Assembly: GCA_965367245.1 (NCBI GenBank)
Contig: CBDUIC010000003.1
Coordinates: 74,622-138,621, forward strand
DNA: 64,000 nucleotides
From: an uncultured bacterium
GTDB lineage: Bacteria > Myxococcota_A > UBA796 > GCA-2862545
Reading direction: 5' to 3'
The notes below the pieces were generated by a model. The model searched no databases, was not told the origin of the DNA, and worked only from the letters and a program-made list of their open reading frames with translations. Positions 53,881-63,303 of this stretch are shown in pieces; position 1 is the first letter of the stretch; every line of letters begins with the position of its first letter. The position numbers and the translations under genes are program-made.

Positions 53881-55113
53881 GTGCGCACCCTCATTGCCAT
53901 CGCGTGGCGCAACCTGTGGCGCCACAAGCGTCGGTCGCTGATCACTGCCACTGCGATGGCCGTGGCGGTGGCCATGTGCATGAGCCTCATCGCGTTCACC
54001 GACGGCATGTACGGCAAGATGTTCGAGATCATGGTCGGCCAGCAGCTGGGGCACGTGCAGGTGCACCACCCCGACTACCCGGCCGGCAAGAAGCTCCTCG
54101 ACACCATCCCCGACGCGCAGGCCACCCTCGGCGCCATCGAGGCAGCCCCTGGCGCCCTCGGGGCCACGGGGCGGCTCAACGGCTTCGCCCTGCTCGGCGG
54201 CGCCAAGATGTCGACCGGCGCCCAGCTGCAGGGCATCGAGCCCGCGCGGGAGCTGCCCCTCACCCACATCGATCAGCGCATCATCGAGGGGCGCTTCCTC
54301 GGCGACGAGGCCAACCTCGAGGTAGTCGTCGGCGTGGGGCTGGCCGAGGAGCTCGACATCGGGGTCGGCGACGAGGTCGTCGGGTTCACGCAGTCGGCCG
54401 ACGGGTCGCTGGGCAACGAGCTGTACACGGTGGTCGGCCTGTCGAGCACCGGCAACGCCGCGATGGACAAGGGCGGCGCCTGGATGCACCTGCACGACCT
54501 GCAGGAGCTGTTGGTCCTGCCGGATCAGGTGCACGGCATCACGGTGCTGTCCACCGACCCCGACGCCCTGCAGCCCTTCGTCGACCAGCTCGAGGGCGTG
54601 GTCCCCGACACGGTGCAGGTGCAGACCTGGCAAGAAGCGAGTCCCCAGACCGCAGAGCTGATGGGCATGCAGAGCTTCGCGAGCCTGTTCATGCTCGGCA
54701 TCGTGTTCGCCGTCGCCAGCTTCGGCGTGCTCAACACCATGATGATGTCGGTCTTCGAGCGCACCCGCGAGCTGGGCGTGCTCAAGGCCATCGGCCTCAA
54801 GCCCCAGCAGATGATCGCCATGGTGCTCGTCGAGAGTGCGTTCCTCGCCGGCCTCGCCGGTGGGATCGGGCTCGTGATCGGCGGGCTGCTCGACCTGCTG
54901 GTGGTCTTCTACGGGTTCGACATGACGGCGGGCAACCCCGACGGCTTCGAGATGATGGGCGTGCGCCTCGACCCCGTCATCTACGGCGAAGTCACCCCAT
55001 TCAGCCTCTTCGCGCCCATCTCGGCCCTCGTGGTCGTGTCGGTGGGCGCGTCCCTCTGGCCGGCGTGGCGGGCGGCTCGTCTGCAGCCCGTCGAAGCCAT
55101 CCGCACGGAGTAG
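53881..55113 (+). CDS. ABC transporter permease, FtsX/MacB-LolCE family (1 of 3 tandem paralogues)
   Basis: The N-terminus VRTLIAIAWRNLWRHKRRSLIT contains TM1, followed by a large periplasmic domain. The C-terminal segment has three TMs with the family motif MMMSVFERTRELGVLKAIG. Confidence 0.85.
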   Translation: MRTLIAIAWRNLWRHKRRSLITATAMAVAVAMCMSLIAFTDGMYGKMFEIMVGQQLGHVQVHHPDYPAGKKLLDTIPDAQATLGAIEAAPGALGATGRLNGFALLGGAKMSTGAQLQGIEPARELPLTHIDQRIIEGRFLGDEANLEVVVGVGLAEELDIGVGDEVVGFTQSADGSLGNELYTVVGLSSTGNAAMDKGGAWMHLHDLQELLVLPDQVHGITVLSTDPDALQPFVDQLEGVVPDTVQVQTWQEASPQTAELMGMQSFASLFMLGIVFAVASFGVLNTMMMSVFERTRELGVLKAIGLKPQQMIAMVLVESAFLAGLAGGIGLVIGGLLDLLVVFYGFDMTAGNPDGFEMMGVRLDPVIYGEVTPFSLFAPISALVVVSVGASLWPAWRAARLQPVEAIRTE

Positions 55114-55116
55114 GCC

Positions 55117-56343
55117 ATGTGGCGACTCGCCTTCCGAAACCTGGTGCGCCACACCCGACGCACCCTGATCACCGGCAGCGCCATCGCTGTCGGCATCGCC
55201 CTCGCCATCCTGATGTGGAACGTGCAGGCCGGGCTCTACGCCGACATGCTCGCGCAGGCGATCAGCAGCCAGGCTGGCCACGTCGTGGTGCAGGCCACGG
55301 GCTGGCAGGCCGAGCAAGAGACGGAGATGCTCCTCGCCGACGCGAGCGCCCTGCAGCAGCGGCTGTCCGACGCGGTGCCCAACGCGACCATCAGCCGCCG
55401 GGTGTTCGCAGGGGGGCTGCTGGTCGCCCCCGGCTCGTCGGTGGGGGTCGGCCTCAAGGGTCTCGACCCGGCCGTCGAGGCCGACATCGACCGCTTCGAC
55501 GAGCTCATCGTCGACGGCACCTGGCTCGTCCCTGGCGACGACCGCGGCCTGGTGATCGGTCGGGCCCTCGCTGAGCGCCTGTCCGTCGAGGTCGGCGACA
55601 AGGTCGTGTTCATGACCCAGCCCCCCGGGTCCGACGAGATGGTCAGCCAGCTCCACCGCATCACCGGGCTGTTCCACACCGGCGCGGCCAGCGTCGACGG
55701 CAGTCTGGTGCTCTCCACGGTGGAGGCAGCTCAGGCGGCGCTGCACGCCGAAGACAAGGTCCACCAGCTGGCGCTCCACCTCGACGACCCCGACCAGACC
55801 GATCGGGCGCTGGGGGCGGTGGCCGCCCTGGGCGTGGCCGATGCCGAGGTGCTGCCCTGGACGATGGCGGTGCCCAACCTCCTCGGCTTCATCGACATGA
55901 AGATGTCGGGCACCCACACGATGAACGCCTTCCTGCTGATCATCGTCGCCCTGGGCATCGCCAACACGGTGCTGATGAGCGCGCTGGAGCGCACCCGCGA
56001 GTTCGGGGTCCTCCTCGCCCTCGGCATGCGCCCCAGCCAGCTGATGGCCCTGCTGATGGCTGAGGCGGCGCTGATCGGAGCCCTCGGTGGGGTTCTCGGC
56101 GTGCTCCTCGGCGCCATCGGCACCTACCCCTTCGTGCGATGGGGGCTCGACTACAGCTCGTTCATGGGCGAGTCGATGGAGGTCGCTGGCGTCATCACCT
56201 CGTCGCTGATCATCGGCACCTACGACTGGCCGGTCATGGTGCTGTACGGGCTGGGCGGCGTCCTGGTCGCTATGGCCTCTGCCGTCTACCCCGCCATGAC
56301 GCTGCGCACCCTCACCCCCGTCGACGCCATGAGAGGCACCTGA
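55117..56343 (+). CDS. ABC transporter permease, FtsX/MacB-LolCE family (2 of 3)
   Basis: MWRLAFRNLVRHTRRTLIT...LMSALERTREFGVLLALG. Same architecture as its neighbours. Confidence 0.85.
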   Translation: MWRLAFRNLVRHTRRTLITGSAIAVGIALAILMWNVQAGLYADMLAQAISSQAGHVVVQATGWQAEQETEMLLADASALQQRLSDAVPNATISRRVFAGGLLVAPGSSVGVGLKGLDPAVEADIDRFDELIVDGTWLVPGDDRGLVIGRALAERLSVEVGDKVVFMTQPPGSDEMVSQLHRITGLFHTGAASVDGSLVLSTVEAAQAALHAEDKVHQLALHLDDPDQTDRALGAVAALGVADAEVLPWTMAVPNLLGFIDMKMSGTHTMNAFLLIIVALGIANTVLMSALERTREFGVLLALGMRPSQLMALLMAEAALIGALGGVLGVLLGAIGTYPFVRWGLDYSSFMGESMEVAGVITSSLIIGTYDWPVMVLYGLGGVLVAMASAVYPAMTLRTLTPVDAMRGT

Positions 56344-57578
56344 TGCGTCTCGCGAAGCTCGCCCTGCGCAACCTGTTCCGCAACCTGCGCCGCACGCTGA
56401 TCACCACGGCCGCCATCGCCTCGGGCCTGGCGCTGGTCTTGATGATGGTCTCGATGCAGGCCGGCCAGTATGCCGACATGCTGCGCATCGGCATCTCCAC
56501 CATGGCGGGCCACGTGGTGGTCCAGGCCGACGGGTGGCAAGAGGAGCGGGAGACCGAGCAGGTGCTCGCCGATGCCGGCGCCGTCACCGCACAGCTGCGC
56601 GAGGCCTTCCCCGAGGGCGTGGTCACCCCGCGGCTGTATCTGGGGGGCCTGCTCACCTCGCCCCGCAGCTCCGCGGGCATCGCCCTGCGCGGGGGCCACC
56701 CCAGCCAGGAAGCCCTGATCGACACCCTCGACGACAAGCTGGTCGCGGGGGAGTGGCTCGCCGACGACGACGACCGCGGCCTGATCATCGGCGCAGGGCT
56801 CGCCGACGCCCTGTCGGTCGAGGTCGGCGACAAGGTCGTCTACATGGGCCAGACGAGCGAGCAAGACGAGATGGTGTCGCGGATGCTGCGCGTGCGCGGC
56901 ATCTACCGCACCGGCGGATCGGAGCTCGACGGGATGGTGGCGCTGGTCACGCTGGCCACCGCGCAGGAGCTGATGGAGCGCGAAGACGTAGTCCACCAGG
57001 TCGCCCTGCACATCTCCGACCCCGAGAACAGCCCCCAGGCCGCCGAGAAGGCCCAGGCCCTGCTGGCCGCCCCCGGTCGCGACGTGCTGGAGTGGCCCGA
57101 GGCCCTCCCCAGCTTGGTGAACTTCATCGAGATCGACCGTGTCTCGGGCGACGTGATGATGGCGGTGATGGGCCTCATCGTAGCGATGGGGGTGCTCAAC
57201 ACCGTGCTCATGAGCGTCCTCGAGCGCACCAAGGAGTTCGGGGTGCTGCTGGCCATCGGCATGAAGCCGTATCGCCTGGGCATGCTCGTGCTGCTCGAAG
57301 CCACCTTCCTCGGCGTGCTCGGCACCATCGTCGGCAGCGTGTTCGGCGGCCTCATCGCCGCCTACCTCGTCGCCTACGGCATCGACTACTCCGCCTACAT
57401 GGGGGAGAGCATCGAGATGGAGGGGCTCGTCATCTCCACGCTGATGCGTGGAGGCTGGGATGCCGACCGCATGGGCGCCTACCTGCTGGCCACCGTGGTC
57501 GTCACCATGCTCGCCGGGGTCTACCCCGCCTGGCACCTCACCCGCCTGCAACCCGTCGACGCCATGCGCGCCCCATAA
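56343..57578 (+). CDS. ABC transporter permease, FtsX/MacB-LolCE family (3 of 3)
   Basis: MRLAKLALRNLFRNLRRTLIT...LMSVLERTKEFGVLLAIG. Its start overlaps the previous stop (TGATG). Confidence 0.85.
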   Translation: MRLAKLALRNLFRNLRRTLITTAAIASGLALVLMMVSMQAGQYADMLRIGISTMAGHVVVQADGWQEERETEQVLADAGAVTAQLREAFPEGVVTPRLYLGGLLTSPRSSAGIALRGGHPSQEALIDTLDDKLVAGEWLADDDDRGLIIGAGLADALSVEVGDKVVYMGQTSEQDEMVSRMLRVRGIYRTGGSELDGMVALVTLATAQELMEREDVVHQVALHISDPENSPQAAEKAQALLAAPGRDVLEWPEALPSLVNFIEIDRVSGDVMMAVMGLIVAMGVLNTVLMSVLERTKEFGVLLAIGMKPYRLGMLVLLEATFLGVLGTIVGSVFGGLIAAYLVAYGIDYSAYMGESIEMEGLVISTLMRGGWDADRMGAYLLATVVVTMLAGVYPAWHLTRLQPVDAMRAP

Positions 57579-57595
57579 TCAAGGAAGTCCGCATC

Positions 57596-58279
57596 ATGTC
57601 CATCGTCAGCGTGCGCAACCTCGTCCGGCACTACCAGCAGGGCGACATCACCGTGAAGGCCCTCGACGGGGTCGACCTCGACATCGAGCCCGGCGAGTTC
57701 ACCACCCTCATGGGCCCGTCGGGCTCCGGCAAGACCACCCTCCTCAACCAGATCGGCGGTCTCGACCAGCCCACCTCGGGCACCATCACCATCGACGGCG
57801 TGGAGATCAGCAAGCTGTCTTCTTCGCAGCTCGCCGACGTGCGGCTGCGCAAGCTGGGCTTCGTGTTCCAGTCGTACAACCTCGTGCCGGTGCTGTCGGC
57901 CTACGAGAACGCCGAGTTCGTGCTCCTGCTGCAGGGCATGCCCGCCAAGGAGCGCAAGGAGCGGGTGATGAAGACCCTCGCCGACGTGGGGCTCACTGGG
58001 ATGGAGCACCGCCGCCCCGGCGAGCTGTCCGGCGGGCAGCAGCAACGGGTGGCTGTCGCCCGAGCCATCGCCGGTCGCCCTGCGCTGGTCCTCGCCGATG
58101 AGCCCACCGCCAACCTCGACTCCAAGACCAGCGAGTCGCTCATCGACCTGATGCGGTCGCTCAACGTCGACCACGGCATCACCTTCCTGTTCTCGACCCA
58201 CGATCCGCGCATCATGGACGCCGCTCGCCGCGTGGTCCACATGCAGGACGGCCGCATCTACGAGGACACCACCAAGTGA
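57596..58279 (+). CDS. ABC transporter ATP-binding protein (LolD/MacB-ATPase-like)
   Basis: SD aaggaag upstream. Walker A GPSGSGKTT, Q-loop, signature LSGGQQQRVAVARA, Walker B LVLADEPT, H-loop STHD. 227 aa. Confidence 0.9.
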   Translation: MSIVSVRNLVRHYQQGDITVKALDGVDLDIEPGEFTTLMGPSGSGKTTLLNQIGGLDQPTSGTITIDGVEISKLSSSQLADVRLRKLGFVFQSYNLVPVLSAYENAEFVLLLQGMPAKERKERVMKTLADVGLTGMEHRRPGELSGGQQQRVAVARAIAGRPALVLADEPTANLDSKTSESLIDLMRSLNVDHGITFLFSTHDPRIMDAARRVVHMQDGRIYEDTTK

Positions 58280-59484
58280 TGATCTGGTGGCTGGCGACGG
58301 CGCTGGCGGCCGACGAGCCCGTCACGCTGCATGGCGACCTGAAGAGCTTCTTCACCGCCACCATCCCCTACGACAGCCCCCTGCTCCCCGACGACCCGAC
58401 GGGGCAGGGCGTGGCCGACCTCCGCCTCAAGCTGCGGGTGCAGCCTACCGAAGACCTCCGCTTCGACGTGCATCACGCCACCACCGCCCTCACCGCCTCC
58501 GCCACCGGCGCCCTGGGCGGCACCAGCACCGGCGTCGGGCTGCAGGCCCCCGAGATCGTCGACCTGTCGTGGGTCGCCACCGACGCCGACCTCACCCTCC
58601 GCGGCCGCGTCGACCGCCTCTCCGCCCGCTACACCGCCGGGCCCCTCACCCTCACCGCCGGCCGCCAGCCCGTCTCCTTCGGGGCCGGCATGGCCTTCAC
58701 CCCCCTCGACCTGGTCAACCCCTTCACCCCCGCTGTCATCGACCAGGAGTACAAGCCCGGGGTCGACGCCCTGCGAGTCGATGCCTACCAGGGCATGAGC
58801 CAGCTCACCGTCGTCGCGGCCTACGCCGGCGACCTCGACCTCGACGGCACCGTGCTCGCGGCCTACGGCCAGACCACCGCCGGCGTCACCGATCTCGGCC
58901 TGTTCTTGGGCAGCATCCAGGGCGATCTGGTCGCCGGCACCTCGGTCGTCAGCTCCATCGGCCCCATCGGCGTGCACAGCGACCTGGCCGTCACCGTGCC
59001 CACCGACGACACCACCGACCCCTTCTTCCGCGGCGTGGTCGGCAGCCTGTGGCGCCCCGCCGCCGACACCACCCTCACCGGTGAGCTCTACCTGCAGACC
59101 CTCGGCGCCGCCGACCCCGCCGACTACCTCGACACCGCCCAGGATCCCCGCTTCGCCCGCGGCGAGCTGTGGCTGTTCGGCCGTGCCTACGCCGCCCTCA
59201 CCGCGTCTCAGCAGATCACCCCGCTGATCGCAGGCAGCGCGGCCCTGATCACCAACATCGAAGACGGCTCGGCCTTCGTCGCCCCCAGCCTGTCGTGGAA
59301 CGCCTCCGACAACACCGTAGTCGCTGCCGGCGGCTTCGTCGGCCTCGGCAAGCGACCCACCGAGTCCGTCAGCACCATCACCCTCCCCGACGGTGGCACC
59401 CTCGCCGTCGATCTGCCCGTGCTCGCCAGCGAGTTCGGCACCTACCCTGCCGTCGCCTTCCTGCAGATGCGCACCTACTTCTAG
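58276..59484 (+). CDS. probable outer-membrane beta-barrel protein (hypothetical)
   Basis: The GTG/ATG start overlaps the ATPase stop (GTGATGA). Signal peptide MMIWWLATALAA. Beta-strand alternation runs throughout. The C-terminus ...AVAFLQMRTYF ends in Phe, as typical for OMPs. Confidence 0.55.
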   Translation: MMIWWLATALAADEPVTLHGDLKSFFTATIPYDSPLLPDDPTGQGVADLRLKLRVQPTEDLRFDVHHATTALTASATGALGGTSTGVGLQAPEIVDLSWVATDADLTLRGRVDRLSARYTAGPLTLTAGRQPVSFGAGMAFTPLDLVNPFTPAVIDQEYKPGVDALRVDAYQGMSQLTVVAAYAGDLDLDGTVLAAYGQTTAGVTDLGLFLGSIQGDLVAGTSVVSSIGPIGVHSDLAVTVPTDDTTDPFFRGVVGSLWRPAADTTLTGELYLQTLGAADPADYLDTAQDPRFARGELWLFGRAYAALTASQQITPLIAGSAALITNIEDGSAFVAPSLSWNASDNTVVAAGGFVGLGKRPTESVSTITLPDGGTLAVDLPVLASEFGTYPAVAFLQMRTYF

Positions 59485-59527
59485 GCTCTTGCACAGCCCC
59501 TGCACAGCGGCAGGCCACATTGCCTTC

Positions 59528-60754
59528 ATGTGGACTACCCTCTTGCTCGCCGCCGCCGCCGCCCCCGTCGAGACTGCCACCGTGCAGCACCTCGGCCAGG
59601 CCTACCATGTCGTCACCGTCGACCTGCGCGAGGCGGAGCTCCGCCTGGTTGGCCAGGCCCCCGGCGAAGCCCACCGCTTCGCCGACCTGCCTGACGACGT
59701 GCTCGCCGCCACCAACGCGGCCCTGTTCCACACCCCGGATGACCCCGTCGGGCTGTGGGTGCAGCGAGGCCGGGAGCACAGCCCCCTGGAGCGCGGCACC
59801 GGCGCCGGCAACTTCTTCCTGCAGCCCAACGGCGTGCTCGCCCTCGATGCCCGTGGGACCTCGATCATCGCGACGCCTGACTGGACGCCCGGGCCCGGCC
59901 TTCAGCTAGCGGCCCAGTCGGGGCCGCTGTTGCTCGCCGCTGGCGACGTCCACCCGCACATTGGGCCGTCGTCTACCAGCCTGAAGCTACGTAATGCCGC
60001 TGGCGTGTGCGGGCCGTGGACCGTCGCGCTGGTCGCGTCCGCCGCGCCGGTACGCCTGCACGACCTCGCCACCCTGTTCCGCGACACCCTGGGCTGCGAC
60101 GACGCGCTGTACCTCGACGGCAGCCTGTCCGGCATCCGAGCCGACGGCCTGCCGCCCCCCGCCGACGACCACGACGTCGCCGGCTTCCTCGTGGTCACCG
60201 AGCGGGAGACCCCACGAGGACTCCGCGACGGCGACGTCGTGTTCCAGCGCTCCCGGTCGGCCCAGGCAGCCGCCATCGCCGCAGCGACCGGATCGCGGTT
60301 CACCCATGTCGGTCTGGTGCGCATCATCGACGGGCAGCCCTGGGTGTTCGAGGCCGTGCAGCCCGTACGACGCACCCCCTTCGAGGCCTGGGCCGCCCGC
60401 GGCATCGACCAGGTCGTCGAGGTTCGGCGACCGAGGGCCGAGGGTCTGTGGACCCCGAATGCGCTGGCCCGCCTCGATGCGCTGCAGGAGGCCTGGCTCG
60501 GTCGCCCCTACGACCTCGCCTTCGCCCCCGGCGACGACGCCCTGTACTGCAGCGAGCTCGTCCGCGAGGCCTACCTGCGTGCGACGGGGCTCGAGCTCGC
60601 TCCTCTGCGCCCCGTCGGCAGCTACCGCGTCGACGAGCCGGAGGCGCGCAGGGCGATGCTCGCGCGCTGGGGCGAAGTCCCCCTGGAACGACCCGTGGTG
60701 GCCCCTTCCGACCTGCTCGAGGCACCGGCACTGGAGCCCGTCACGTCGTTCTGA
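59528..60754 (+). CDS. fusion protein: N-terminal phosphodiester-glycosidase-like (NAGPA/DUF2233-like) domain plus C-terminal YiiX/YaeF-type permuted papain-like (C92) domain
   Basis: Signal peptide MWTTLLLAAAAAPVETA. The C-terminal half contains DGDVVFQRSRS...THVGLV...DDALYCSELVREAYL, the YiiX-family conserved core (YCSELV). The N-terminal domain assignment is less certain. Confidence 0.55.
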   Translation: MWTTLLLAAAAAPVETATVQHLGQAYHVVTVDLREAELRLVGQAPGEAHRFADLPDDVLAATNAALFHTPDDPVGLWVQRGREHSPLERGTGAGNFFLQPNGVLALDARGTSIIATPDWTPGPGLQLAAQSGPLLLAAGDVHPHIGPSSTSLKLRNAAGVCGPWTVALVASAAPVRLHDLATLFRDTLGCDDALYLDGSLSGIRADGLPPPADDHDVAGFLVVTERETPRGLRDGDVVFQRSRSAQAAAIAAATGSRFTHVGLVRIIDGQPWVFEAVQPVRRTPFEAWAARGIDQVVEVRRPRAEGLWTPNALARLDALQEAWLGRPYDLAFAPGDDALYCSELVREAYLRATGLELAPLRPVGSYRVDEPEARRAMLARWGEVPLERPVVAPSDLLEAPALEPVTSF

Positions 60755-61879
60755 TCAGTTGAAGTCGACGGTTCCGTCGATGTGGCGCGTGAGGTCGACC
60801 AGGGTGAACCCCGGGCCCGCGACCGCCCCGTGGCACGTCTCGCAGGCGCTGTTCTGCGGGTGGGGGCTGGGAGGTGGCGCGCCATGGCAGGCCTGGCAGG
60901 ATCGGTCGGTGTCGCCCGCCCACTCCGGCTCGGGGGTGCGCCCACCGGGGCGACCGGCGTGGCAGTAGGTGTTGGTGCAGGTGGACCCCGTCCATGCCGG
61001 CGTCGCGCCACCGCTGACGGCCAAGCCCCCGAAGGGCACCTCCGCGGGGGCGGCGTCGAGGTGCCCCGCGTCGCCCACCGCTGCGGGCACGACATGGCAG
61101 TCGGAGCAGGCGATGCCGTCGCTGAACACGCTGCCGTCGACGTGGGCCTCGTGGGCGCCGACGGTGATCAAGCTGGGATCGGTGCGCCCTTGGGTGTCGG
61201 GAGGCGGCGAGGGGTCGCCGTCGGCGCCGTGGCAGTCGGTGCAGCCCTGGGGCTGGGGCGTGCCGGTGTCGCCCGTCTCCCCCGTGAGCGCCGTCTCCGT
61301 CGGCACCGTCGTGCCCCCGAGCAGCTGCACCTGGCCGTCGACGTGGGTCTCCCGGCTCGATGGCGGGTGGCACAGCCCGCAGTCGTCGACCTGCGGATGG
61401 GGCTCCGCGGGTGGGACCCCGTGACAGCTGCCGCACCCCGCCTGCCCCTCGACCCAAGCAGGCGCATCGGTGCCGTGGCACCACACGGTGCAGGTGCCCG
61501 CCTCGCGGTCCCACGGAGCAGCGGCGCCCTGGGTCTTGGCGATGGGACCCCACGAGACCTCGGCCGGCCAGGGGGTATCGACATGCCCCTCCGCCTCCAG
61601 CGACTCGGGGAAGATGTGGCACTCCGCACAGCTCAGCGGCTTGGTGCTGGCGCCTCCTGCCAGGTGCACCTGGTGCGCTCCGACGCCGATGTAGGTCGGG
61701 TCGTCGATGCCCCCCAGCGCCGAGGGCGGCGCCGCGTTGGCCTCCGTGCCGTGACACTCGGCGCACGAGGGCGCCGGCGGAAGCTCCGCAGGGGTCACAC
61801 AGGCCCACAGCAACCAGACGAACACCACCCCTCCACCGAAAGGCCGCCACAGCGTGGCAGGCGCGCCCTCCGCCGTCAA
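60755..61879 (-). CDS. multiheme c-type cytochrome (about 9 CxxCH motifs), secreted
   Basis: Motifs: CAECH x2, CGSCH, CGLCH, CTDCH, CSDCH, YCH, CQACH, CETCH. N-terminal hydrophobic signal VVFVWLLWACVTPA. 374 aa. Confidence 0.8.
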   Translation of the reverse strand: MTAEGAPATLWRPFGGGVVFVWLLWACVTPAELPPAPSCAECHGTEANAAPPSALGGIDDPTYIGVGAHQVHLAGGASTKPLSCAECHIFPESLEAEGHVDTPWPAEVSWGPIAKTQGAAAPWDREAGTCTVWCHGTDAPAWVEGQAGCGSCHGVPPAEPHPQVDDCGLCHPPSSRETHVDGQVQLLGGTTVPTETALTGETGDTGTPQPQGCTDCHGADGDPSPPPDTQGRTDPSLITVGAHEAHVDGSVFSDGIACSDCHVVPAAVGDAGHLDAAPAEVPFGGLAVSGGATPAWTGSTCTNTYCHAGRPGGRTPEPEWAGDTDRSCQACHGAPPPSPHPQNSACETCHGAVAGPGFTLVDLTRHIDGTVDFN

Positions 61880-61929
61880 CCAGCAGACATCCCCTTGAAC
61901 GCCGCAGCCCCTTGGTTCATCCTGCGCGG

Positions 61930-63303
61930 GTGATCTGGTTGTTGACCGTGTGGAACGCGTCGGCGGGGGCCCTCGATGCCGAGGCGGCCCTCGACGTCTT
62001 CCACAGTGCCAGCCGCAGCGCCGAGCCCTTGTCGGGCCCCGACGAGGTGAGCGGCACCACCGACGTTGGCGCCCGGCTGCAGGCCGAGCTCGACGAGCTC
62101 GACGACCGCTTCCATGCTGAGCTCGACTACCGCGGCCGCCAGCCCATCGCCGGCCTCGCGCAGAACCGGCCCCTGCACCTGCTCACCGACGCCTTCGTCG
62201 CCTACGAGCTGGCCCCCGACCGGTTCACGGTCGCCGGAGGCCGCATGGTCGCCGACAGCTTCCAGTGGCTGCCCATCGACGGCCTCTCCGGCACCCTGCA
62301 CCTCGACGAGTCCACCGACCTCACCCTGTTCGGTGGCCGCCGCGCCATCAGCAGCTCGCGGGTCAACCTCGGGGGCTTCCTCCCAGCGGTGGGCGGAAGC
62401 TTTCAGCGCCGCCACGAGCGCTACCTGTTCTCCGCCATGGCCAGCTACGCCGAAGACCAGTTCCTCCTCGGCACTGCCGGCACCAGCCAGACGGTTGACC
62501 AAGGTGCCTTCTCCTCGCTGATCCGCACGTCGCTGCAGGCCGCCGACCCCTTGTGGATCGGGGGCCAGGTCTCCTTCGCCCAGCGCGCCAGCTACGTGCT
62601 CGGCACCAACCGGGCGCAGACCACGGTCGAGCTCGACGTGACAGGGTTCTCCAACGCCGTCGCCTGGGCCTCGTGGCGCCCCACCGACTGGCTGCGGGTC
62701 GACTACGACCTGCACGCCCAGCAGGCCGCGTTCGCCTACGGGGGCGACGGTGCCGCCGACGCCTCGCTGGTCGACCCCAACTTCGTCGACAACCGGCTGC
62801 GGCTCACCGGCTCCCACGACATCGGCGCGGCCCGAGCCGATGCCCGCCTCCGCCTGCGCCCGGGTCGCCAGGAGCGGCGCCTGGGCGGGCAGCTCGACGC
62901 CCACCGTCTCGTGGTCCCCGGCCTGTTCGCCCGCGCCCGCGCCTTCGTCGACGACATCGTCACCGACACCCCCGACACCGACGATGTCGCCGGCACCGAC
63001 CGGATGCTGTGGTCGGTGTCTGCGGGCTACGACCGCAACGGCCTGTCGCTGGAGGCGGGTGCTTCGTTCATCGAGCGGGCGGCGGTTCCGGTGTCGGGCC
63101 GTGTGGGCAACACCGTGGGCGCCGGCGCCCTGCAGGCCGACGACCTGTCGCCCTTCGTGCTCGAGGCGCAACGCATCGGGTTCCTCCGGGCCTTCTGGGT
63201 CAGCCGCCACGGCTTCGTCGGCGCCGATCTGGAGCGACAGCTGGGCGACAACGAGTGGCGGGCCTATGTGCAGGTCGGCACCTTCCTGGAGCGCACATGG
63301 TGA
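61930..63303 (+). CDS. hypothetical outer-membrane beta-barrel-like protein (possible porin-like partner of the adjacent cytochromes)
   Basis: GTG start at 61930 (VIWLLTVWNASAGA signal-like). 457 aa with alternating amphipathic beta-strand patterns. It ends ...FLERTW. Its stop overlaps the ATG of the downstream multiheme cytochrome. Confidence 0.5.
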   Translation: MIWLLTVWNASAGALDAEAALDVFHSASRSAEPLSGPDEVSGTTDVGARLQAELDELDDRFHAELDYRGRQPIAGLAQNRPLHLLTDAFVAYELAPDRFTVAGGRMVADSFQWLPIDGLSGTLHLDESTDLTLFGGRRAISSSRVNLGGFLPAVGGSFQRRHERYLFSAMASYAEDQFLLGTAGTSQTVDQGAFSSLIRTSLQAADPLWIGGQVSFAQRASYVLGTNRAQTTVELDVTGFSNAVAWASWRPTDWLRVDYDLHAQQAAFAYGGDGAADASLVDPNFVDNRLRLTGSHDIGAARADARLRLRPGRQERRLGGQLDAHRLVVPGLFARARAFVDDIVTDTPDTDDVAGTDRMLWSVSAGYDRNGLSLEAGASFIERAAVPVSGRVGNTVGAGALQADDLSPFVLEAQRIGFLRAFWVSRHGFVGADLERQLGDNEWRAYVQVGTFLERTW

